Of a DNA stretch of 64,000 nucleotides, positions 38,934-48,926 are shown in pieces. The notes below the pieces were generated by a model. It was not told where the DNA came from, ran no database searches, and saw only the letters and a program-made list of their open reading frames with translations. Location: positions 128,001 through 192,000 of the forward strand of contig CAWHBU010000003.1 in assembly GCA_963827685.1 (NCBI GenBank), given 5' to 3'. Position 1 is the first letter of the stretch, and every line of letters begins with the position of its first letter. The DNA comes from an uncultured delta proteobacterium (GTDB taxonomy: Bacteria > Desulfobacterota > BSN033 > UBA1163). The position numbers and the translations under genes were made by a program.

Positions 38934-40028
38934 ATGGCTTATCGACCTTGCGGTGTTTATCATCAACATTACCGTCAAGACCATGCTTGGTGGCAAACCA
39001 AATTTGTCTGGGGTAAGATGATCCTCCTCTTGGTAACCCTTTTCTACTTGATCCCGAAGTTTGCAGGCCTCTACCTGGTCTCAGTTGCCAATGTCATTGG
39101 ATACACGATCCTCTCTGCTATGGGCGTTCAATTACTGATCGGGTATTGTGGACAGGTCACACTGGGCCATTCCGCATTTATTGCAGTAGGGGCTTATACC
39201 AGTACGCTGTTGATGCTTCAACTCCACCTGCCCTACCCTATTACGCTTATTCTTGGGGGCATTGTAGGAGGCCTGTGGTGCGTCCTGTTCGGTCTTCCCT
39301 CCGCTCGAGTGAAGGGATTCTACCTGATCATGACCACGATGGCAGCCCAATTTATTACTGTTGAATTCTTTATCACACAGTATGTAAGCCAAATCGGAGG
39401 TCGAGGCGTTGCTTTCTCCATCCCCCCCGGGACGGTAAAAATCGGCCCCTGGGTGATCCAATCGGATATGGAAGTCTATTACCTGATGCTTGTCCTCGTC
39501 TCTTTGTGTACCTTCATGATGGCCAATCTTGTCCGATCAAAGATAGGCCGGGCCTGGATTGCCATTCGAGATAATGATATCGCTGCTGAAACTCTCGGAG
39601 TCAATATTGTTTTATATAAACTACTCGCATTCTTTGTTGCAGGCTTCTTGGGAGGCATTGCAGGTTCTTTCTGGGTCACATCGCTGGCTGCAGTGAGCCC
39701 GGAACATTTTCAGTTTGGATGGTCTCTCTGGTTGGTTGGAGTGATCCTTATTGGAGGAGTTGGGAGCATCCATGGCACCATCTTTGGGGCGATGTTCATG
39801 ACTTTGATTCCCGAAGGTCTCAAATTCCTTATCTTCTTTCTCACTCAGAATGCCTCTATTGTCAATCTGATGCCTTTTCTCCCTCATCTCCTTGAAAAAT
39901 TTCTCTTCGTTAAAGAATCAGCCTTTGGTCTTGTCATTGTCTTGTTCTTGATCTTCGAACCGAACGGTCTCTCTTATCGATGGTGGCAAGTGAAAAATTA
40001 CTTTAATTTGTGGCCGTTTTCATATTAA
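38934..40028 (+). CDS. ABC transporter permease (LivM-like)
   Basis: GYCGQVTLGH, GRAWIAIRDNDIAA, IGG.GS..G, EPNG. Confidence 0.9.
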   Translation: MAYRPCGVYHQHYRQDHAWWQTKFVWGKMILLLVTLFYLIPKFAGLYLVSVANVIGYTILSAMGVQLLIGYCGQVTLGHSAFIAVGAYTSTLLMLQLHLPYPITLILGGIVGGLWCVLFGLPSARVKGFYLIMTTMAAQFITVEFFITQYVSQIGGRGVAFSIPPGTVKIGPWVIQSDMEVYYLMLVLVSLCTFMMANLVRSKIGRAWIAIRDNDIAAETLGVNIVLYKLLAFFVAGFLGGIAGSFWVTSLAAVSPEHFQFGWSLWLVGVILIGGVGSIHGTIFGAMFMTLIPEGLKFLIFFLTQNASIVNLMPFLPHLLEKFLFVKESAFGLVIVLFLIFEPNGLSYRWWQVKNYFNLWPFSY

Positions 40029-40077
40029 CGTTTCACATGCCTGCACGCCGAAGTGCCGGCCTTTCCGCACGCAGGCG

Positions 40078-40140
40078 TGTCCGACATCCGTGACCGTGAA
40101 AAAAATAGTTTACGGACACGAGACACGGAAACGGACAACG
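40078..40140. repeat. Tandem-hexamer hairpin (TCCGTG/CACGGA family)
   Basis: Opposed arrays; same family at 42331-42422. Confidence 0.65.
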
Positions 40141-40234
40141 AAAGAAAGGGGTGATGCAAAGTCATTGGTTGGTGGGAGAACAAAATAGGGAGGCGCAGTT
40201 TCTTTATTCTTATTAAATTTACAGGAGGTAAAAA

Positions 40235-41490
40235 ATGAGAATCAAATTTAGAATTTTTGCAATCGGATTAACTTTTTTAATCATGGGTCTTACTGCATCA
40301 TGGGGAATTGCCCAAGAGGTCAAGCTGGGGCTCTTCAGGATCTAACAGGAGCAACCTCCGATGTGGGAAAAGATGAGGCATTGGGGGTTCGGGAGGCGGT
40401 CCAATACTATAATGATACGGGAGGAATTAACGGCAAGAAGATCCGATTATTCCAATATGACTATGGATATCGGATTCCTGAGGCCATTACTACCTATAAA
40501 CGTTTTAGGGATTACGATAAGGTGGCTATGGTCTTAGGCTGGGGGACAGGGGACACGGAATCGCTTTCTCCTACGATCAATGCCGATAAAATGCCTTATC
40601 TCTCCAGCTCTTTTTCTGGCCATCTATGCGATCCCAAGAAGACTCCTTATAACTTCGTTTATGGAGTGGACTATTCGACAAATGCTCGAGGCGCCATCAC
40701 CTACTGGTTTGAACAGGTTTGGAAAAAAGATCCAAAATGGAAGGGATTAAGAGAGAAAGGGGCTAAACCTAAGTTTGCATGTTTCATTGACACCTCATCA
40801 CCTTTTGCGACGGCTCCAAGCAAGGCCATCAAAGATCAGGCTGAGCTGCTCGGCTTCGAAATCGGTCCTGATTATAATATTCCCTTGACAGCTCTGGATA
40901 CTAAGAGCCAGATTATCGCTGCCAAGAATTTCGGAGTCAATTTGGGATGGCATGGCAACACAACGATGTCCACTTCTGCTACACTTAAAGATGCGTACGC
41001 GTTAGGTCTCGGCGCAGACCATATTATGACCCACTGGGCCTTAGACGAAAACCTTCCCAAGCTGGCTGGACCCGCAGCGGAAGGAACCATTGGCCTGATT
41101 GCCTGTGCGTTCTTCAATGAGGAATATCCCGCGAAGAAGAAAGTTACGGATTATGCCAAGAAACTTAATCCGGGCGTTCCCTTGGAAAATCGTACTGTTC
41201 GTGCGGTCCAGGGATGGGTTAAAGTAACCTTGGCTGTTGAAGCGATGCGAAGGGCTGACAAAGCAGGCAAGCTTAATGGGCCGGGGATTAAAGACGCCTT
41301 TGAGACGATGAAGGAGTGGCCCGGCTTAAAAGAATTTGGAGGCCAGCTGGTAACCATTACTCCAACCGACCATCGTTATAGTTCCGTCGTCAGAATAGGA
41401 AGGGTCATCAAAGGTAAGCCTCAAACGGTCGGTGAAATTGACATGCGGGCCAAATACCCCGACAGATGGGCTTCCTGGCTTGGGTGGTAA
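40235..41490 (+). pseudogene. ABC substrate-binding protein with 1-nt frameshift in G-run 40327-40330
   Basis: GGAGG RBS, ATG 40235 signal peptide MRIKFRIFAIG..AQEVKLG then frame change to ALQDLTGATSDVG; may be a sequencing error. Confidence 0.75.
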
Positions 41491-41500
41491 GGAGAAGAAA

Positions 41501-42328
41501 TTGAAACCGAACCATTCGAATTCTTCAGAGAAAGTCCTGAAGCTGAACAATATTGAAGTCATGTATGACGAGATTATTCTGGTGCTTAAAGGGGTTTCCA
41601 TTGAGATTCCTCAAGGAGGAATTGTAACCCTTCTTGGAGCAAATGGGGCTGGGAAATCGACCACCCTAAAATCCATCTCTGGATTGCTCAAGCACGAGGA
41701 TGGTGAAGTCACCGATGGTAGTATTGAATTCATGGGTGAGAAAATCCACCATCTCTCCGCTGAGGAGATAGCAAAAAGAGGAATATCCCAAATCATAGAG
41801 GGAAGAAGGGTTTTTGAGCACCTTACCGTGGAAGAGAATCTACGGGTGGGAGCCCATCTTCGTGGAATGGGCTCTGCGGCTAAGGAAAGGCTTGAGATGG
41901 TCTATAACTATTTCCCCAGACTGATCGAGCGGCGTAACGTCTTAGCAGGTTTTATCAGTGGTGGAGAACAGCAGATGACCGTGATCGGAAGAGCCCTTAT
42001 GGCCCAACCCAAACTCATTCTTCTCGACGAACCGTCTATGGGCCTTGCCCCCATGCTGATCAAGGAGATCTTCGAAATCATCACCCGGTTGAACAAAGAA
42101 GAAAAAATCCCTCTTCTCTTAGTCGAACAGAATGTGAAATTGGCGCTCACGGTCGCCCAATATGCTTATGTCTTAGAAAACGGGAGACTGGTGATGCATG
42201 ACACCTCAGAAAAGTTGAGGGAAAATCCAGATATCAGAGACTTTTACTTAGGTCTTTCTGATATCGGTGAACGAAAGAGTTTTCGAAATATAAAACATTA
42301 TAAAAGAAGAAAAAGGTGGCTCACATAA
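41501..42328 (+). CDS. ABC transporter ATP-binding protein (LivF-like)
   Basis: TTG start after AGGAG; GANGAGKS, ISGGEQQM, LLDEPS. Confidence 0.9.
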   Translation: MKPNHSNSSEKVLKLNNIEVMYDEIILVLKGVSIEIPQGGIVTLLGANGAGKSTTLKSISGLLKHEDGEVTDGSIEFMGEKIHHLSAEEIAKRGISQIIEGRRVFEHLTVEENLRVGAHLRGMGSAAKERLEMVYNYFPRLIERRNVLAGFISGGEQQMTVIGRALMAQPKLILLDEPSMGLAPMLIKEIFEIITRLNKEEKIPLLLVEQNVKLALTVAQYAYVLENGRLVMHDTSEKLRENPDIRDFYLGLSDIGERKSFRNIKHYKRRKRWLT

Positions 42329-42330
42329 AA

Positions 42331-42422
42331 CCGTGACTCGTGATTCGTGTCCGTGGGTCGTAAGAATTTTGTTAAATAAAAGTCTAACAGGTTGCGGACA
42401 CGGAAAACGGACACGGTCACGT
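42331..42422. repeat. Tandem-hexamer hairpin (CCGTG/CACGG family)
   Basis: Opposed arrays directly after livF-like stop. Confidence 0.65.
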
Positions 42423-42452
42423 TATTCTTTAAATAAGAAAAGGAGGTTTCCT

Positions 42453-43022
42453 ATGCAAAGACTCTTATTAATTCTTATAGCGATTGCATTTGCAATCGGG
42501 GGATTGACAGCCTGCAAACCTGGCCTCCTGCCGACAGATGAGGCCGGGAAACCAAAAGTGATATTGGAGCGGATCGAAGTAGTAAGTTCCTTCCCATGGA
42601 CCGATCTTCCCGCCCGTACTCCATTGGCTCTTGGCTTCGTGTTTAACATCAACAACCCGAGTGGTTATAATATCATGCTGGACAATATGAAATTCGCATT
42701 TTCCTTTGAAGTAACCCCTGATTATTACGTTGAAATAAACGTTCCCGTCTCCTATGATCAAACCTATTTTCCACCCAACACAACCAGTCAATATCGAATC
42801 GTCAGCATTATAGATTCAGCGGTGATCAACGGAAAGCTTGCAGTAACCCAAGGAGCTAAGCTCCAGCCCCTTGATTTGAAGCCAGCAGATCTAATCAAAA
42901 ACTGGTATTCCAAGATTGGGGACTTTGCCTTTGGTATCAAGGTAGTGGAAGGAATGGCAGTCTTTTCAAGTGAGAAGGGAGACCTATTCATTGCTTTTGA
43001 AGGAAAATTTCCAAGGAAATGA
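42453..43022 (+). CDS. Putative lipoprotein (LEA_2-like beta fold possible)
   Basis: AGGAGG RBS, lipobox LTAC, F.INNP motif. Confidence 0.7.
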   Translation: MQRLLLILIAIAFAIGGLTACKPGLLPTDEAGKPKVILERIEVVSSFPWTDLPARTPLALGFVFNINNPSGYNIMLDNMKFAFSFEVTPDYYVEINVPVSYDQTYFPPNTTSQYRIVSIIDSAVINGKLAVTQGAKLQPLDLKPADLIKNWYSKIGDFAFGIKVVEGMAVFSSEKGDLFIAFEGKFPRK

Positions 43023-43070
43023 CGAGACACAAATAATTCCTCACTTATAATCCTCCCATCCCCCCTTTCA

Positions 43071-44408
43071 ATGGAGGGGAAGATGGGAGGATCCTCCCCC
43101 AGGAGATTCCCCATGCCTAAACAAGAGGTAATGGATAGGACGACGGCTTTTTTGAAGAAAAATCTTGAGACCACGCCCCCCAAAAAGCGTCTCGAATATC
43201 TTAATCAAAAACTGAGAGGAATTACACAATATGCTTACAGAAATTCTGTCGCTTTCAAGAACAAAATGGATTCCGTTGGATTAAAACCAAAGGATATCCT
43301 GACAATGAAAGATTTAGAAAAAATTCCCATTACTGAAAAGGCTGACCTGATGGGATTTCAGAAGAAGAATCCTCCCTTTGGCGGATTTGAAGGAGTCCCG
43401 CTTCGCGAATTGAGAAGGATCTATGTCTCACCAGGACCCCTCTATGAACCTGGCGAAATTGAATATGATGAGCTTGGATGGGCACAGGGAATGTATGCGG
43501 CGGGCTTTCGGCCCGGAGACATTGCCATCAATACATTCAGTTACCACATGGTTCCTTTTGCCATGCAGATGTTGGATAACTCTCTCTTCAGGATCGGATG
43601 TATCACTATTCCCACAGGTGTCGGCAATACCGAACAACAGGTGAATATCCTTAAGAACCTAAGGGTCAGGGCGTTTTGCGGAACTCCAAGCTTTCTTCTC
43701 AACATCGCTGAAAAGGCGGAGGAGATGGGCTTAGATCTGAAAAAAGACTTCCACCTCCAGGTCGGCTTTGTGGCTGCAGAGATGGTACCAGAATCCCTCA
43801 GATCTGAATTGGAAGAGAGATTTGGAATGACCATCCGACAAGGTTATGGAACCGCTGATATTCGATGCTTGGGTTACGAATGTGTGGAGAAGAATGGGAT
43901 GCATGTCCCGGATGACAAGATCGTGGAGATCGTTGACCCTGAGACGGGCAACCAGTTGGACCCTGGAAAAGCGGGGGAGATTGTTGCCACTTCATTCAAT
44001 AAAGTCTACCCTTTAATTCGATTTGGGACAGGAGACCTCTCCATCCTCAGCGAGGCCTCCTGCCCTTGCGGTAGAACCTCTGCGAGATTAGTAAAGATTC
44101 TGGGGAGGGTGGATCAAGCGACCAAGGTCAGGGGACTTTTCATCCATCCCGGTCAAGTCGATGAAGTGGCTGCAAGGTTTCCACAGATCGCAAGGTATCA
44201 GGTACGGATTACAAGAAAGGAGCACAAGGACGAAATGACCTTCTTGACTGAACTTAGGGAAGAAGATGATCAATCTGATAAGCTAAAGGAAGGGATAGAA
44301 AGATCTGTCCGGGATGTGATGAAAGTAAGGGGCGAAGTCAAATTCGTGTCTAAAGGGACGATTCCAGATGGGGTCAAGAAGATTGAAGACCAACGCACCT
44401 GGGAATGA
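43071..44408 (+). CDS. Phenylacetate-CoA ligase family protein (start probably 43113 or 43131)
   Basis: LEKIP.TEK, GTPSFL, GYGTAD, YPLIRFGTGD, GR.D...KVRG. Confidence 0.88.
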   Translation: MEGKMGGSSPRRFPMPKQEVMDRTTAFLKKNLETTPPKKRLEYLNQKLRGITQYAYRNSVAFKNKMDSVGLKPKDILTMKDLEKIPITEKADLMGFQKKNPPFGGFEGVPLRELRRIYVSPGPLYEPGEIEYDELGWAQGMYAAGFRPGDIAINTFSYHMVPFAMQMLDNSLFRIGCITIPTGVGNTEQQVNILKNLRVRAFCGTPSFLLNIAEKAEEMGLDLKKDFHLQVGFVAAEMVPESLRSELEERFGMTIRQGYGTADIRCLGYECVEKNGMHVPDDKIVEIVDPETGNQLDPGKAGEIVATSFNKVYPLIRFGTGDLSILSEASCPCGRTSARLVKILGRVDQATKVRGLFIHPGQVDEVAARFPQIARYQVRITRKEHKDEMTFLTELREEDDQSDKLKEGIERSVRDVMKVRGEVKFVSKGTIPDGVKKIEDQRTWE

Positions 44409-44539
44409 ATTTCGAATGCTACAAAATACCAGTCTCTGGTTCAACGGTTAGGGTTAGGATGCCGGTTTCGTTGACAGGTTATATCATTGATCTCTAAGTT
44501 TTCAGCCTTAACCTTCTCACATCAACTCTTAATAAACTT

Positions 44540-44569
44540 TTGACGGTTTTTTGTTAAATGTGCTAAGAT
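44540..44569 (+). promoter_or_regulatory. Sigma70-type promoter for 44599 gene
   Basis: TTGACG-N18-TAAGAT with TGn extension. Confidence 0.45.
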
Positions 44570-44598
44570 GATGTCCAAAAAGAAAGGGGGAGGAATTT

Positions 44599-45276
44599 AT
44601 GAAAATTCATTACAAAGGATTTATAAGAGAAAGAATCCAAAGAAATCCTGTGACAATAAGCCCCGATGCTTCCTTCTTCGAAGCCCGAAACCTTATCCAT
44701 GAAAAGGGTATTCAACATCTGCCAGTAGTAGATAAGAGCGGCAAACTGGTAGGAATTGTTACAGACGGAGATATTCGGGAAGCCGCCCCCTCTGATGCGA
44801 CCCTGCTCAGCGTCCAGGAACTTAACTATCTATTAGGAAAACTGAAGGTTTCGGCCTTTATGACGCCAGAGGATAAGTTGATCACCATCACTCCTGACGC
44901 ATTGATTGAGGAAGCAGTCCAATTGATGCATGACCACAAGATCGGGTCTCTTCCCGTTGTGGAGGGGAAAAAGCTGTATGGAATTTTTACAGAGACAGAT
45001 GCCTTAGACCATTTCGTGGATATATTTGGCCTCAAGCAGAAAGGGACCCGTTTAACCATCGCCCTTGAAGATAAACCCGGTTCGCTGCTCGGTATACTTG
45101 AAGTGCTCAAAAAACATAATATAAACATGATCAGCATTGTCACTCCTTCTTTTATGGTGGAAGGAAAAAGGATCGCTGCCATTCGAATTAAAACAGAAGA
45201 CTATAAGGATGTAATTAAGGATTTAGAGAAAGCAGGCTATGATGTTTTATCTATAGGCAAATGGCCCTCCATTTAG
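44599..45276 (+). CDS. acuB: CBS + ACT domain protein (AcuB-like)
   Basis: Two CBS repeats, APSDAT.LS..ELNYLL, EDKPG ACT motif. Confidence 0.85.
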   Translation: MKIHYKGFIRERIQRNPVTISPDASFFEARNLIHEKGIQHLPVVDKSGKLVGIVTDGDIREAAPSDATLLSVQELNYLLGKLKVSAFMTPEDKLITITPDALIEEAVQLMHDHKIGSLPVVEGKKLYGIFTETDALDHFVDIFGLKQKGTRLTIALEDKPGSLLGILEVLKKHNINMISIVTPSFMVEGKRIAAIRIKTEDYKDVIKDLEKAGYDVLSIGKWPSI

Positions 45277-45398
45277 TCTATCTTTTTTCCGATGAAGTTT
45301 AGCCGTTTACGTTAAGTGGCACGATCAGGGTGGTGCTATAGTATACAACCGAACAAAGTCAAACACGGAAGACGGTCTTCAGTAAGGAGAGGATAAGC

Positions 45399-46580
45399 AT
45401 GAGAGAAGTGGTGATCACCAGTGCCGTCCGAACAGCCATCGGTAACTTCCTCGGGGGATTAAGTCCTTTCAGCGCCACGGAGTTAGGAGCCAGAGTAATC
45501 GAGGAGGCAGTCAAACGATCGAAGATTCAAAAAAACGATGTGGATGAAGTGATCATGGGGAATGTCCTCCCATTCGGACTGGGACAGAATCCAGCTCGTC
45601 AAGCGATGATCAAGGCTGGACTTCCAATGCCGGGAGGGGCTATCACCGTCAACAAGGTCTGCGGTTCCGGGTTGAAGGCCGTGATGTTAGCTGCCCAGGT
45701 GATCATGGCCGGAGATGCAGAGGTGATCGTCGCCGGTGGCATGGAGAGTATGAGCCGAGCTCCCTACTATTTGGAAAATGCGAGAACAGGCTACCGGCTT
45801 TGGGATGGAAAATTGGTGGATGGAATGGTCCATGATGGTCTCTGGGACGTGGTGAGCGATTACCATATGGGGTATACCGCTGAGATTCAATCGAAGAAGT
45901 TTAATATCAGCCGTCAAGAACAGGATCAATTTGCATACGAATCAAACCTCAAGGCGATGAAGACGATCCGAGAGGGAAAATTTAAAGAGGAGATCCTCCC
46001 TCTCCCGATCCCTTCGAAGAGAGGGGAACCGACTCTTTTTGAAATCGATGAGGGACCCCGTGATACCGATCTCCAAACGATGACCAAACTCAAACCTGTC
46101 TTTAAAGAGGATGGAGTTGTCACGGCCGCAAATTCCTCTAAGATCAGCGATGGAGCAAGTGCTCTCGTGGTCATGTCAAAGGAGAAGGCCCGGGCTCTGG
46201 GCGTGGAGCCCATGGCAAAGGTCGGGGCACAAGCGGCGGCGGGTGTGGAGTTGGAGGACGTCCTCGTCGCCCCGATTCAATCGATTCCGAAGGCCCTGAA
46301 AAAGGCCGGCCTCTCCCTGAAGGATATCGACCTCTTCGAAATCAACGAAGCCTTTTCTGCGACAACGGTGGCCGTCGTCAAAGCCTTGGGAATAGACAAG
46401 AGTAAGGTCAATGTCCACGGGGGTGCTGTTGCCCTAGGCCATCCGATCGGTGCGAGCGGGGCGAGAGTCCTGACCACATTGCTTTACGCCATGAAAGAGA
46501 CGGGGGCGAAGAGAGGAATGGCTTCTCTCTGTTTGGGCGGTGCAGAAGCCGTGAGTTTAATCGTAGAAAGAATAGGCTAA
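45399..46580 (+). CDS. Acetyl-CoA C-acetyltransferase (thiolase)
   Basis: NKVCGSG, GGMESMS, EINEAF, GHPIGASG, LCLGG. Confidence 0.95.
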   Translation: MREVVITSAVRTAIGNFLGGLSPFSATELGARVIEEAVKRSKIQKNDVDEVIMGNVLPFGLGQNPARQAMIKAGLPMPGGAITVNKVCGSGLKAVMLAAQVIMAGDAEVIVAGGMESMSRAPYYLENARTGYRLWDGKLVDGMVHDGLWDVVSDYHMGYTAEIQSKKFNISRQEQDQFAYESNLKAMKTIREGKFKEEILPLPIPSKRGEPTLFEIDEGPRDTDLQTMTKLKPVFKEDGVVTAANSSKISDGASALVVMSKEKARALGVEPMAKVGAQAAAGVELEDVLVAPIQSIPKALKKAGLSLKDIDLFEINEAFSATTVAVVKALGIDKSKVNVHGGAVALGHPIGASGARVLTTLLYAMKETGAKRGMASLCLGGAEAVSLIVERIG

Positions 46581-46586
46581 AAAGAA

Positions 46587-46682
46587 CATTGCAAAATGCA
46601 AAGTTAACATCGCAAAGTTATCACTGAAAGATTTTTTCTTTCCATTGCTAATGGCTAATTTTTCAATGTTAATTTTGCAATG
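46587..46682. repeat. Gene-less heptamer hairpin, same family as 37425-37920
   Basis: CATTGCAAAATGCAAAGTTAACAT... / ...ATGTTAATTTTGCAATG. Confidence 0.8.
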
Positions 46683-46702
46683 AGCTTTTAACAGGAGGCC
46701 TT

Positions 46703-47554
46703 ATGGAAATTAAGACGATCGGCGTCGTGGGAGCTGGACAGATGGGAAATGGAATTGCTCAGGTAGCCGCCTATTCTGGATTCCGGGTCATCATGAGTGA
46801 TATTGCCGATCCTTTCATTCAAAAAGGTCTAACGACCATTTCTAAGAATCTGGATCGAATGGTGGAAAAGGGAAAGATTGCCTCTCAGAAGAAAGAGGAG
46901 GTGATGGGAAAGATCAAAGGGACGACTAAAATTGGAGACATGGCGGATGCAGATTTTGTTGTCGAGGCCGCCACAGAGAACGAATCCCTCAAATTGAACC
47001 TGTTTAAAGAACTGGATCAGGTTTGTCGAAAAGAGATCATCCTCTCGAGCAATACTTCCTCCATCTCTATCACTAAGCTTGCCTCAGCAACCCAAAGACC
47101 GTCACAAGTCATCGGAATGCATTTCATGAACCCTGTCCCGGTGATGCAGCTGGTGGAGATCATCCGGGGCCTTCAAACCTCTCAGGAAACTTTTGGTACG
47201 GTTAAGTCCCTCGCCGAGCAGATAGGTAAAACCCCGGTTGAAGCGAATGACTTCCCGGGATTCATCTCCAATCGAGTCTTAATGCCCATGATCAACGAAG
47301 CAATTTATGCCCTCTTTGAAGGAGTGGGCACACCAGAGGCCATCGACACCGTCATGAGACTGGGAATGAATCATCCCATGGGGCCCTTGACATTGGCCGA
47401 CCTGATCGGCCTGGATACGTGTCTGGCTATTATGGAGGTCATCTATAAGGGTTTGGGGGATTCCAAGTATCGTCCCTGCCCTCTCCTCAAAAAATATGTC
47501 GAGGCAGGTTACCTAGGTAGGAAAACGGGAAGAGGGTTCTATACCTATAGTTAG
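46703..47554 (+). CDS. hbd: 3-hydroxybutyryl-CoA dehydrogenase
   Basis: GAGQMG, SNTSS, GMHFMNP, GFISNR, HPMGP. Confidence 0.93.
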   Translation: MEIKTIGVVGAGQMGNGIAQVAAYSGFRVIMSDIADPFIQKGLTTISKNLDRMVEKGKIASQKKEEVMGKIKGTTKIGDMADADFVVEAATENESLKLNLFKELDQVCRKEIILSSNTSSISITKLASATQRPSQVIGMHFMNPVPVMQLVEIIRGLQTSQETFGTVKSLAEQIGKTPVEANDFPGFISNRVLMPMINEAIYALFEGVGTPEAIDTVMRLGMNHPMGPLTLADLIGLDTCLAIMEVIYKGLGDSKYRPCPLLKKYVEAGYLGRKTGRGFYTYS

Positions 47555-47628
47555 AAGTTAGGAGTTCGGAGTTCAGAGTTCGGAGATTCTAAAAATACTC
47601 CGAACTAGGAACTGAAAACTCCGAACTG
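47550..47628. repeat. Tandem-heptamer hairpin (GAGTTCG/CGAACT family)
   Basis: GAAGTTA GGAGTTC GGAGTTC AGAGTTC ... CTCCGAA CTAGGAA CTGAAAA CTCCGAA. Confidence 0.8.
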
Positions 47629-47642
47629 AATTTTGGAAGGCG

Positions 47643-48788
47643 ATGGACTTCAAACTCACTCAAGAACAAGAGATGATCAGAAATATGGCGAGAGATTTCA
47701 CGGAGAAGAATATCAAGCCCGTGGCCGCGCAATATGACGAGGAAAAACAGTTTCCCTATCAGAACCTTAAGAAAATGGCTGAGAAGGGCCTGATGGGAAT
47801 GAATGTTCCAGCGGAATATGGCGGGTCGGAAGTTGGAGCGGTTGCCTGTAGCCTCGCCATCACGGAAATCGCGAAGGGATGTGCTTCCCATGCCGTGACG
47901 ACTTCTGTGACCAATATGGTTGCGGAGTTGATCTACGAGTTCGGACAGGAGGAGATAAAAAGAAAACACATCCCCAAGATATGTCGTGGCGAATATCCTG
48001 CCGGAGCCTTTGCTCTGACTGAACCCCACACTGGATCCGATGCGGTCAATATTCGCATGAGCGCCATCCGTCAAAAGGATACCTATCGTGTTAATGGAAC
48101 TAAAACCATGATCACCAGTGGAGAAGCTTCAGGTGTGACTGTTACCTGGGCCGTCACGGATCGCAATGCAAAGAGAGGAAAAGGGATCAGCGCTTTTGTC
48201 ATTGAGAAGGGGACGCCTGGATTTATTGTGGGAAAGGCAGAAGATAAGATGGGCCACCGGGCAGCCCAGAACAACGAATTGATCTTTGACAACTGTGTGA
48301 TCCCCAGCAATTGCCTTTTGGGCAAGGAGGGTGAAGGGTTTAAGATTGCTATGATCGAACTCAACGGGGGAAGGATCGGAATTGGGTCTTTAGCGGTAGG
48401 GGTGGGATTCGCAGCCATTGATTTTGCAAGAGGATATGTTAAAGAAAGGGAGGTTTTTGGCAAACCCCTTTCCAGCTTTGAGGCCATTCAATGGATGATC
48501 GCAGACTCGTATACAGAGTTGGAAGCCGCTCAGCTTCTTGTCTTGCGCGCCGCTCTCCTCAAGGAAGACCATCAACCCTTTACGAAAGAGGCTTCCATGG
48601 CAAAGCTCTTTGCCACGGAGACGGCAAGGAATGTTGCGATCCGCGCTCTTCAGATGCTGGGTGGGTATGGTTATTTTAAAGAGTATCCGATGGAACGTTA
48701 CCTTCGAGATATCATTGGAACAACCCTCTATGAAGGGACCTCTGAGGTTCAACGAATTGTGATTTCGAGGGAAATATTGAATCGCTGA
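47643..48788 (+). CDS. Acyl-CoA dehydrogenase (butyryl-CoA DH-like)
   Basis: FALTEP..GSD, NGTK, GRIGI, GGYGY, YEGTSE. Confidence 0.93.
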   Translation: MDFKLTQEQEMIRNMARDFTEKNIKPVAAQYDEEKQFPYQNLKKMAEKGLMGMNVPAEYGGSEVGAVACSLAITEIAKGCASHAVTTSVTNMVAELIYEFGQEEIKRKHIPKICRGEYPAGAFALTEPHTGSDAVNIRMSAIRQKDTYRVNGTKTMITSGEASGVTVTWAVTDRNAKRGKGISAFVIEKGTPGFIVGKAEDKMGHRAAQNNELIFDNCVIPSNCLLGKEGEGFKIAMIELNGGRIGIGSLAVGVGFAAIDFARGYVKEREVFGKPLSSFEAIQWMIADSYTELEAAQLLVLRAALLKEDHQPFTKEASMAKLFATETARNVAIRALQMLGGYGYFKEYPMERYLRDIIGTTLYEGTSEVQRIVISREILNR

Positions 48789-48926
48789 TATTTTTTTCAT
48801 ATCATTAATGAAATTATTCACAGAGTACCATTTGGGCTTCGGATTTGATTTGACATTTTTGCTATGATATTTGACACTTAAGTATAGTGATTTGTTCTTA
48901 GTTTTAACATGGGGAGGACCTAAGAA

